Of a stretch of DNA of 64,000 nt, positions 38,537-45,461 are shown one piece after another. Made by a program: the position numbers and the translations under genes. The stretch lies in IMG/VR virus record IMGVR_UViG_2648501258_000001, positions 33,613-97,612 of that record, one strand, 5' to 3'. The notes under the pieces are model-generated. The model was not told the DNA's origin, did no database searches, and saw nothing but the letters and a program-made list of their open reading frames with translations. Source of the stretch: a virus. Taxonomy: Duplodnaviria; Caudoviricetes. Each line of letters begins with the position of its first letter. Position 1 is the stretch's first letter.

Positions 38537-40009
38537 TTAGTATAGTCTGAATGGATTAGCCTGCGTCATAGTTGGAACAGTGAAGTCAGGCAAGTGAATG
38601 TCAGTAGATAGATTGTTGAAAGCATCTGATGTGGCGTCAACCATGTCGTCTTTGATGTTACGTGAACCATCGAAACGAACTAGCTCTGCCAAGTAATCGC
38701 TGTTCCACTCTCCAACTACCATCTGCACACCACCAGCTTCTGCTACAGCAGCGAACGGGGCAAATCTAGTGACTTTGGATTTGTTAGTGGCTTTCATTCG
38801 AGCATAGAAACCGTAGTCTGCTAAGTCTCGAATTAGCTGAGCGGCATAAGCCTTACCAGCAGCACCAGGGTCTTGTGGGATAATGATTGTTACATCATCT
38901 CCATCTTGTTTGGCTGTTTCAAGGATGAGGTCGAATACTCCACCATGCCTACGTCTATCGCGGACACAGTGTTCAATGGTATACATTCCTGTACGGTCTT
39001 TCGACATTAGAACGCCTGCTGTCCAGTCTGGCTCAGGGTTTGTATCGGAAGGAACAGTACCACTGATATCCCAAGCCCTTACACGCTTACCAGCGCTAAG
39101 TGGTGGCATTGGAACTGTAGGAACCCACTCTTCTTTGAAGTAACCTGCACCCTCTTCACGAGCAAGCCAACTTCCGTGTAGGAGTCGAGCTTTCTCAACA
39201 CGTCCTAGACCTTCCAACCAGCCGACATAATCGGGGTCTGCTTCGCAGAGGATTGGGTTATCATAGACGTTTGCTGAGATGAATGTGAAGCTGATGGGTT
39301 TGATTTGATTCTTGTCGGTATCTGCTAGACCTTTCTTACCATAGAGTGCAATACACTCTGCTTTAGAGTCTGCCCAACGCATTTTGTCATCTTGTCTAAC
39401 GAACCAGCGAGTTCTACCGTCACGCTCTGGAATAGGAATTCCAGTATCAGGATCAAGCCACCATTCCAACCAATGACGCAAGAAGCTGTCATAGTCAGGG
39501 TTGCATGTGATCTTCATGTGCGGTGCAACTTTACACTTGGGGTTACGCATACGAGACATTAGGTATACAACCATCGCCTCTTCAAACTGCTGCCCTTCGT
39601 CAACAAGAAACTTCGTTACTTCCCAACCTTGGAAGTTATCCTTGGCTTTTAAATCTTGGAAGTGACGTAGGAAAACTTTAGCCCCACTGCTGAAAGCAAA
39701 GTGATCTTGCTTGTCACGCCAGCGGACTTTTGGATCAATCAATTGGAATAGTGCCAGGGCCTTCTCAAGAAGTCCTCCGGGTCCAGTCAATTGCGGAGTT
39801 GTACGGCGAACCATACATCCTCTAAAATCTGGGTCAAGCACATGTTTCAGGAAGTCCATCACGCCGAGGTGACTCTTACCTGCTCCAGCCGCTCCACCAA
39901 AGACAGTGATCTTTGCGTCAGCGTGCATGAAGTCATATTGCTTTGGTGACTTCGGGCCGATGATGTTCGGGTTCAAGTCGAATATCGGATAATTCTTTTG
40001 ATTACTCAT
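38537..40009 (-). CDS. terL: Terminase large subunit
   Basis: GGAAGAGKS Walker A, VDE Walker B, TCNPD, RAWD, DDMVDATS. Confidence 0.93.
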   Translation of the reverse strand: MSNQKNYPIFDLNPNIIGPKSPKQYDFMHADAKITVFGGAAGAGKSHLGVMDFLKHVLDPDFRGCMVRRTTPQLTGPGGLLEKALALFQLIDPKVRWRDKQDHFAFSSGAKVFLRHFQDLKAKDNFQGWEVTKFLVDEGQQFEEAMVVYLMSRMRNPKCKVAPHMKITCNPDYDSFLRHWLEWWLDPDTGIPIPERDGRTRWFVRQDDKMRWADSKAECIALYGKKGLADTDKNQIKPISFTFISANVYDNPILCEADPDYVGWLEGLGRVEKARLLHGSWLAREEGAGYFKEEWVPTVPMPPLSAGKRVRAWDISGTVPSDTNPEPDWTAGVLMSKDRTGMYTIEHCVRDRRRHGGVFDLILETAKQDGDDVTIIIPQDPGAAGKAYAAQLIRDLADYGFYARMKATNKSKVTRFAPFAAVAEAGGVQMVVGEWNSDYLAELVRFDGSRNIKDDMVDATSDAFNNLSTDIHLPDFTVPTMTQANPFRLY

Positions 40010-40058
40010 CGTGCCTCCAGTAGTAAAAGTTAATAGGAATGTGTCTCTATATGTGAGT

Positions 40059-40086
40059 AGTATAACCCGGAAGTTGAGATTGTCAA
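40059..40086 (-). promoter_or_regulatory. sigma70-type promoter for packaging/head genes
   Basis: TTGACA-N16-TATACT. Confidence 0.65.
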
Positions 40087-40118
40087 CCCCCGAGTGTAAC
40101 ATTTATCAAATCAGACTG

Positions 40119-40337
40119 TCAAGCCTTCAATGCTGCGATAATTGCATTAACTTTTACCTTCAAGGCGTTAGCCAGGGTAATCGCTGTTGCTTCGTCTGTA
40201 GCATCTGGAGTTGTCACAGCAGTCAGAGATGAGATAGCAGCAGAACTGTCTGGAGATGGTTGTAGCAATCCAGCCTTGATTCCTTCCAATAACCCAAGTT
40301 GTGCGACTAGTTTGTACTGTTCAGATGTTGTAGCCAT
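40119..40337 (-). CDS. Small head-fiber-like protein
   Basis: C-terminal L..KVNAIIAALKA coiled-coil motif. Confidence 0.6.
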   Translation of the reverse strand: MATTSEQYKLVAQLGLLEGIKAGLLQPSPDSSAAISSLTAVTTPDATDEATAITLANALKVKVNAIIAALKA

Positions 40338-40354
40338 TTCTGTATTTCCTTGTG

Positions 40355-41173
40355 TTATGGGCGCTCTTCCCAGATGAGAGAATAAACGCCAGTTGCGGCA
40401 CCATTGCCAATATTTTCAAGTCTTAGAAAGTATGTCCCAGCGGGAAGTCCACGCTCTGTCGATGCTGCACCGAGAACTGTCTGTTGTTGTGCTGTTGCAT
40501 TTGCAGCCACAACACGGAACAATTCAACAATACTACCGCCAGACGCAGTGCCACCAGATGCGACTGTACTTTGAGGGGAATAGAACGGGGCCTTACGAGA
40601 AGCCATTCTATTTTTACCGACCACAGGAAGTGTATTGGAGTATGTACCTCCCGCTGTTGCACCAGAGAGTGCAGTAAATCGGATACTTCCAGAGTCAAGT
40701 GTCAAACTCTGTTCGAAGATTATAAAATCTATGGGCGATGTGAATCGGATATATACGGATGTTGCTGTTGGGATATTCAATTCATAGAAAGTTCGAAACT
40801 CTCTGCCTTCGAAGAACCCTGTCTGTCCTACATCAACCCGTAGACGGCGAAACCCTTCCGTCCCTGATGTGTACAGGTCTGGTGAAAGATCGACACGGTC
40901 GAAGGTGCTTGAGCGGCTATCTACCAAAGTCTCACAGTGAATAGGGCCAGTAGAGCCCCTGACCCACAGCTTAGACGTTTTAGCAGAGAAGACATACTCA
41001 GCCCCTACAACAACATCAACGGAGCCTGTATCGCTTGTAGGGAGGGTAGGAGAGATTATCACATGCAACGTGGATGATGTTTCATTGCGAATGATGATTG
41101 ACTGTCCGGTAACAAATCCAGTAACTGCATGGACGTCATAGTATACCGTGGACGTGGGGAGGGTGATCTGCAT
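40355..41173 (-). CDS. Hypothetical beta-rich (possibly virion) protein
   Basis: 272 aa ORF with AAGGA RBS. Confidence 0.7.
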   Translation of the reverse strand: MQITLPTSTVYYDVHAVTGFVTGQSIIIRNETSSTLHVIISPTLPTSDTGSVDVVVGAEYVFSAKTSKLWVRGSTGPIHCETLVDSRSSTFDRVDLSPDLYTSGTEGFRRLRVDVGQTGFFEGREFRTFYELNIPTATSVYIRFTSPIDFIIFEQSLTLDSGSIRFTALSGATAGGTYSNTLPVVGKNRMASRKAPFYSPQSTVASGGTASGGSIVELFRVVAANATAQQQTVLGAASTERGLPAGTYFLRLENIGNGAATGVYSLIWEERP

Positions 41174-41204
41174 AATCCAATTCCTTGCTGGATTTTAGAA
41201 ACGA

Positions 41205-41226
41205 GAAAACCCACACAAGGTGGGTT
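41205..41226 (-). terminator. Terminator ending the tRNA cluster
   Basis: ACCCAC-CTTGT-GTGGGT-TTTC. Confidence 0.7.
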
Positions 41227-41293
41227 ATTCTGCACAAGACGTATCGGCTAAGGCAAGCTCTAGGCTGCAATGGTTGTCCCGATTGTCTATGTT

Positions 41294-41368
41294 TGGTGTC
41301 TTGTAAAGCTGTGCTTTCATCGTCTCAAAGGATCGTTATATGACACAGCCATCTACCAGATGCAAGAC
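41294..41368 (-). ncRNA. CCA-ended tRNA-like RNA lacking T arm
   Basis: GTCTTG/CAAGAC-A-CCA, CATC-TGGTA-GATG, GCTGTG/CACAGC. Confidence 0.6.
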
Positions 41369-41374
41369 ATTATT

Positions 41375-41448
41375 TGGTCGCCTCTGTGGAATCGAACCAC
41401 ATCCTCCGCAGCTAATCCACGGTACTCTCCCTGTTGAGCTATCGGGCG
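41375..41448 (-). pseudogene. Degenerate tRNA with TTA at the anticodon position
   Basis: D and T arms plus CCA; loop GATTAGC lacks U33; 3 acceptor mismatches. Confidence 0.6.
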
Positions 41449-41452
41449 TAAC

Positions 41453-41528
41453 TGGTGCATTCTCGTGGTTTCGATCCACGTCATCTGGGTTTTCAAGCCA
41501 GTGCTTCTACCAAGTTAGCTTAGAATGC
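41453..41528 (-). tRNA. tRNA-Phe(GAA)
   Basis: Loop TTGAAAA; cloverleaf; CCA. Confidence 0.85.
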
Positions 41529-41532
41529 AATT

Positions 41533-41606
41533 TGGTGCTTCATGATAGAATCGAACTACCGTAGCTGGCATGTAAGACCAGCGTTCTGCCATTGAACTAA
41601 TGAAGC
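41533..41606 (-). tRNA. tRNA-Val(TAC)
   Basis: Loop CTTACAT; cloverleaf; CCA. Confidence 0.9.
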
Positions 41607-41610
41607 AAAT

Positions 41611-41686
41611 TGGTGCGGGATTAGGGAGTCGAACCCTAGTTACTCGGGTGGAAGCCGAGAGTATTAGACCTCTATACGAATCACGC
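41611..41686 (-). tRNA. tRNA-Gly(TCC)
   Basis: Loop CTTCCAC; CCA; A73. Confidence 0.88.
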
Positions 41687-41691
41687 ATGTT

Positions 41692-41766
41692 TGGAGTATC
41701 TTACTGGAGTTGAACCAGTCTAAGTGGGTTTGCAATCCACTACCTCAGCCGCTCGGACAAAGACAC
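41692..41766 (-). tRNA. tRNA-Cys(GCA)
   Basis: Loop TTGCAAA; U73. Confidence 0.88.
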
Positions 41767-41773
41767 TTTAAAT

Positions 41774-41853
41774 TGGTGGAAGCTCCGAGGATTCGAACCC
41801 GGCTGCTGTTCTCAGTGCAAGTGAGATGACCACTCCTAGCAGTCCCAGCCCCC
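41774..41853 (-). tRNA. tRNA-Ala(TGC)
   Basis: Loop CTTGCAC; G3-U70. Confidence 0.85.
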
Positions 41854-41873
41854 ATAAATCGTTGTAACTAAAT

Positions 41874-41948
41874 TGGTGTGAGGTGGAGATTCGAACTCCA
41901 ACAATCGTTTCACAGACGAAAGTGTCAGCCAGTGACAACGGCCTCACC
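41874..41948 (-). tRNA. tRNA-His(GTG), atypical
   Basis: Loop CTGTGAA; A73 rather than C73. Confidence 0.75.
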
Positions 41949-41955
41949 ATTAAAT

Positions 41956-42030
41956 TGGTCACTCGGGGGTGGAGTCGAACCACCGCCACTTCGTTCCAAA
42001 CAAAGTACGCTACCGTAACGCTTCCGAGAG
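41956..42030 (-). tRNA. tRNA-Pro(TGG)
   Basis: Loop TTTGGAA; C1-G72, A73. Confidence 0.85.
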
Positions 42031-42053
42031 ATTGTCCTTACGGACTATAAAAC

Positions 42054-42127
42054 TGGTGGACCGCTGACTTCGCTCTTTACCAGAAGACTGTCGTCATTAA
42101 CCGCTAGCATCACGTGCAGAGCAGCCC
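42054..42127 (-). ncRNA. CCA-ended non-cloverleaf RNA (74 nt)
   Basis: GGGCTGCT/AGCGGTCC-A-CCA with G3-U; no T loop. Confidence 0.6.
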
Positions 42128-42133
42128 ATAAAT

Positions 42134-42218
42134 TGGTGGTTCATCTAGGACTCGAACCTAGGATGTATCGTTGTGCCGGGTTACAGCCGGTCGTCTTCGC
42201 CGCTCGACGCAATGAACC
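42134..42218 (-). tRNA. tRNA-Tyr(GTA)
   Basis: Loop CTGTAAC; long variable region. Confidence 0.88.
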
Positions 42219-42225
42219 ATGAATC

Positions 42226-42308
42226 ATCGAAGTAGCTCTACCGTCTGAGCTTACATTGAGGGGCGACCCCTAAAAGGTGGGACTCGAACCCACGCACACT
42301 TCTTCAAT
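42226..42308 (-). ncRNA. Circularly permuted tRNA mimic (YrlA-like architecture)
   Basis: Order T arm, capped acceptor-like hairpin, D arm; ends pair ATTGAAG/CTTCGAT. Confidence 0.7.
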
Positions 42309-42479
42309 TGGCGGCAAAGGAAGGGAATTGAACCCACCGCTACTAAGTCTCTTCACTTATCCTACTCTTCCGTGTATAGAGCGGTGTAAGCTATCATACG
42401 TTTCACTAGCCCCAGATACACATGAACTTTATGCCTACACGGGGGGCGTACTCATTCATGATCCACTTGGCTCAGAGCC
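42309..42479 (-). ncRNA. 171-nt CCA-ended tRNA-like RNA with kissing loop
   Basis: T loop TTCAATT, GCCA end, CCGTGTA/TACACGG loop complementarity. Confidence 0.7.
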
Positions 42480-42486
42480 TTTAAAT

Positions 42487-42572
42487 TGGCTGGCGCGGTA
42501 GGGCTCGAACCTACAAGACCTTTCGGAAGCTCCGTTAACAGCGGAGTGCAGTACCATTATGCTTACACGCCA
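42487..42572 (-). tRNA. tRNA-Asn(GTT) with long variable arm
   Basis: Loop CTGTTAA; G73; extra CC-GAAA-GG arm. Confidence 0.85.
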
Positions 42573-42573
42573 A

Positions 42574-42939
42574 TTATTCTTCTATCTTCAACCTGACATG
42601 TTCTTCGCGGTGGCAGTTAGCACACAGCATAACACATTTATCAAGTTCGATTTTAATCTTCTCAAAAGACTTCGTATGCCCATTCGCGGAGATACCAAAG
42701 TCCTTCTGTGTTGGATCAGTGTGATGGAACTCAAGAGCAGCAGAACATTTGTCATACCCGCAGCTTTCACACTTACCGCCTTTATATTCAATCGACAAAG
42801 CTTTCAGTTTCAATCGCCTACGCTGCACTGCTTCTGACAAGCACTTACAGCAACGATACTTCATGATCTTTGGATTGTCAAGTCGGAAGTTTGTCTCTCC
42901 GTGTTTCTGACAGGTTCGAACTACTTGTTCCCTTACCAC
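42574..42939 (-). CDS. HNH endonuclease in tRNA cluster
   Basis: KGGKC..CGY....ALEFHH.DP, KC..LCANCH...H; GTG start after GGAGG. Confidence 0.88.
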   Translation of the reverse strand: MVREQVVRTCQKHGETNFRLDNPKIMKYRCCKCLSEAVQRRRLKLKALSIEYKGGKCESCGYDKCSAALEFHHTDPTQKDFGISANGHTKSFEKIKIELDKCVMLCANCHREEHVRLKIEE

Positions 42940-43049
42940 ATTACCTCCATTAAGACCCACGCCCGGTGAGAACATTACCTATAAATCTGATAGAGACTAT
43001 ATTTAGACAGCACACTCTATCTGGCTGTATACGTGGGGAGCCACATATA

Positions 43050-43129
43050 TGGTTGCGAAAGGAGGAATCGAACCTCAAGCATCTGGTTATGAGCCAGTTA
43101 ACAGCACCAGCCGTCTTAGCGCTCTCGCA
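43050..43129 (-). tRNA. tRNA-Met(CAT)
   Basis: Loop CTCATAA; CCA; initiator/elongator/Ile2 status unresolved. Confidence 0.8.
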
Positions 43130-43243
43130 TTAAATTGGTTTGTTGTAAGCGCTTTCAAGCCTTCCCAGTATCCCAGACCAACTCAGTCGTCTCGGTGGGG
43201 CATTCATCGGGTCGCATATTTCAGCTTCTTTAAACCCTGAATC

Positions 43244-43317
43244 TGGTTGCTCGTGAGTGAATTGAACACCCCTAAGACGCTTATCAGGCGACTGCATTAC
43301 CACTATGCTAACGAGCA
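43244..43317 (-). tRNA. tRNA-Ile(GAT)
   Basis: Loop CTGATAA. Confidence 0.88.
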
Positions 43318-43323
43318 ATAATT

Positions 43324-43397
43324 TGGTGCCCCAGTAGAGAATCAAACTCCAATCCCCGGATTACAAAACCGGTGCATCATCATAATGCTTCAAGGGC
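43324..43397 (-). tRNA. tRNA-Thr(TGT)
   Basis: Loop TTTGTAA. Confidence 0.85.
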
Positions 43398-43570
43398 AAT
43401 GTGAGCAGTTCTACGACATGCTCAGGCCGGGCGTATTTGCATCATGCTTGAGCCTTACCACAGGCCCACTTTACCGCGTTGATGTTTGCGGGATAAGCCT
43501 ACCGAGATGGCTTTCTCATTGCGACAGACTACAGGATTTCAAACTGCATGTCTACCCTCGGGCAACAAAT

Positions 43571-43650
43571 TGGCGACCTATATGGGTAACGATCCCATCT
43601 GAACATCTCCCGTGACAGGGGAGCAACCACACCGTGCAGTACCATAAGTC
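43571..43650 (-). tRNA. tRNA-Asp(GTC)
   Basis: Loop CTGTCAC; G73; atypical T loop ATCGTTA. Confidence 0.82.
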
Positions 43651-43656
43651 ATTGTT

Positions 43657-43734
43657 TGGTTTGTCGAAGTAGGAACCGATTACCTACGCCATATCATTGC
43701 TTTCGCTCGGACAGCCAGTAAAGGCTTCAACAAA
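43657..43734 (-). ncRNA. CCA-ended RNA with 10-bp terminal helix
   Basis: TTTGTTGAAG/CTTCGACAAA-CCA. Confidence 0.6.
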
Positions 43735-43735
43735 T

Positions 43736-43812
43736 TGGTACACCATCGGGGACTCGAACCCCGTTCATGAGGGTGAAAACCTCATATCCTAAACCTCGTA
43801 GACGAATGGTGC
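43736..43812 (-). tRNA. tRNA-Glu(TTC)
   Basis: Loop TTTTCAC. Confidence 0.88.
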
Positions 43813-43821
43813 ATTAAATCT

Positions 43822-43953
43822 TTAGGCTGTTTCACCAGACACTGGGTGTTTGGTTTTCAGACCTTTGTTCGGGTGACGACCTTTCGACTCTTTCAAGCGA
43901 GTGGTCTTATCAACCGGAGCATGTTCTTTTGTAGCATCATATGGCTTTGCCAT
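43822..43953 (-). CDS. Small basic peptide (43 aa) in tRNA cluster
   Basis: AAAGGAGA RBS; MAKPYDATKEHAPVDK...VSGETA. Confidence 0.6.
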   Translation of the reverse strand: MAKPYDATKEHAPVDKTTRLKESKGRHPNKGLKTKHPVSGETA

Positions 43954-43980
43954 TTTCTTTCTCCTTTGTCGTTTCTAATT

Positions 43981-44058
43981 TGGTACACGGGACAGGGGTC
44001 GAACCTGCCTAAAACGCCTTCGTAGGGCGGTGCCTCAGTCCAATCGAGCCACCCGTGT
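43981..44058 (-). tRNA. tRNA-Arg(ACG)
   Basis: Loop CTACGAA. Confidence 0.88.
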
Positions 44059-44078
44059 ATGTCGTTGCTATATGGAGA

Positions 44079-44106
44079 AGTTTACACGACATTTACACAA
44101 TGTCAA
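44079..44106 (-). promoter_or_regulatory. Internal tRNA-cluster promoter
   Basis: TTGACA-N16-TAAACT. Confidence 0.65.
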
Positions 44107-44131
44107 GCGTTTATTTCAACATATTTTAAAT

Positions 44132-44206
44132 TGGTACTGGATGTTGGATTCGAACCAACCTAAAGAGGCTTAGAAGGCCCCTGCACATCCACTGTACCAA
44201 TCCAGT
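44132..44206 (-). tRNA. tRNA-Arg(TCT)
   Basis: Loop CTTCTAA. Confidence 0.9.
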
Positions 44207-44211
44207 ATGTT

Positions 44212-44379
44212 TGGTCGGTGCCCTCGGGGGATGATCCCGTAAGATGATGCTTTCCTCTTGCTTGGGTGGGCTACGCACGCCACTTGCACAAGTCTACTGA
44301 CACTTCTCCATGACCCACTTCCAGAATCCTTCCAGCCTGCGTAGTGGGCCTTTCAGATTCATCCAGTTGTCTTACACCG
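44212..44379 (-). ncRNA. 168-nt CCA-ended tRNA-like RNA with kissing loop
   Basis: CGGTGT/GCACCG-A-CCA, CTACGCA/TGCGTAG complementarity. Confidence 0.7.
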
Positions 44380-44389
44380 TTTATTAAAT

Positions 44390-44465
44390 TGGCGGGCTAC
44401 CGAGGATTCGAACCCCATCCGCATGGCTTTGGAGGCCAGCATGCATGCCATCACAATCGTAACCC
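44390..44465 (-). tRNA. tRNA-Trp(CCA)
   Basis: Loop CTCCAAA; G73. Confidence 0.85.
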
Positions 44466-44569
44466 TTAATTCGTAGGAGACATTTATAACACGCTGTCTC
44501 CTGAGCGTCAACACATAAGAGTTGGTTTCTTATGCTCCATCCCAAGGCGCTTGAACTCCCAGGTATGTC

Positions 44570-44645
44570 TGGAAGAGGATGCTGGAATCGAACCAGCTTA
44601 AACGGAGTCAAAGTCCGGTGCCTAATGCCAATCGGCCAATCCTCA
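44570..44645 (-). tRNA. tRNA-Gln(TTG)
   Basis: Loop CTTTGAC. Confidence 0.88.
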
Positions 44646-44770
44646 ATTGTTAGTACCGAGAGTCTTCTCCGGTTTCGAACCCTTTGTCAACTCTCTAGCT
44701 GCCTTCCCTATACGTCACCGCGAGCCGGTCAGGCTGGGAATCGAACCCGGCGTATAGGTATTTCAGTGTT

Positions 44771-44848
44771 TGGTAGGGCACCTCGGACTCGAACCGAGAA
44801 GCTCCTGATTCTAAATCAGGAAGGTAGACCAATTCCCTTCAATGCCCC
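44771..44848 (-). tRNA. tRNA-Leu(TAG), short variable arm
   Basis: Loop TTTAGAA; A73. Confidence 0.88.
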
Positions 44849-45291
44849 AATAGTCTTCTGCTGAATTGACTGTGACAATTGGGACACAAGAATCGTAGAT
44901 TCTCTGCTCTATCGTCTAGCCAGTTTTCATTTATATGATCAACATCTAAAGTCAATGGACTACCCATCCACTCTGGCTCTTGACCACATTTACTGCATTC
45001 GTGTTTAGTTCCCGACTCAATCAACGCCCTGACAAGGTGATGGGACTTTGCTCGTCTACCTTCTGTGCGGAGAATCAGAATATCACCTGATGTTTTTCGC
45101 TGCCTACTTATCGAACCCTTTGCATGAGCTTGACCTGTAAAGTGCGCTGTACAAATACCAATGCGACGTATCCTATTCGTGTAGTGCGAGTGACTGCCTC
45201 CCGCTTGCTTCAATCCAAGCTCTCGTAGGACTTCGTAAATACTGTAGCATCTACTGACAATGATTGCAAGCTGTTCATCTGTTACTTTCAT
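44839..45291 (-). CDS. HNH endonuclease in tRNA cluster
   Basis: CSKCG..W...L.LDVDHIN..W.D....NLRFLCPNCH. Confidence 0.88.
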   Translation of the reverse strand: MKVTDEQLAIIVSRCYSIYEVLRELGLKQAGGSHSHYTNRIRRIGICTAHFTGQAHAKGSISRQRKTSGDILILRTEGRRAKSHHLVRALIESGTKHECSKCGQEPEWMGSPLTLDVDHINENWLDDRAENLRFLCPNCHSQFSRRLLGH

Positions 45292-45307
45292 CGTCTCTCC
45301 TTTTGTT

Positions 45308-45384
45308 TGGTGGGCCTTCCCAGACTCGAACTGGGATCATCTTCATTTTGAGTGAAGCACGTCTGCCAATTGCATCAAAGGCCC
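45308..45384 (-). tRNA. tRNA-Leu(CAA), short variable arm
   Basis: Loop CTCAAAA; A73. Confidence 0.88.
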
Positions 45385-45461
45385 AAATTCGTACTGACGA
45401 CCAGAATCTCACTGGAGTAGGTCTCGGGACTTTATGTCAGTCATACCCAAAACACTTTATT

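Noticed and set aside
1659-40009. Introns or inteins in polymerase, helicase, terminase or capsid genes
   Set aside because: Frames are continuous, no intein splice motifs or group I core seen; HNH genes are free-standing
41375-41448. Genome-wide stop-codon recoding via an ochre suppressor
   Set aside because: Long genes are intact in the standard code and TAA is a common stop; the tRNA is degenerate
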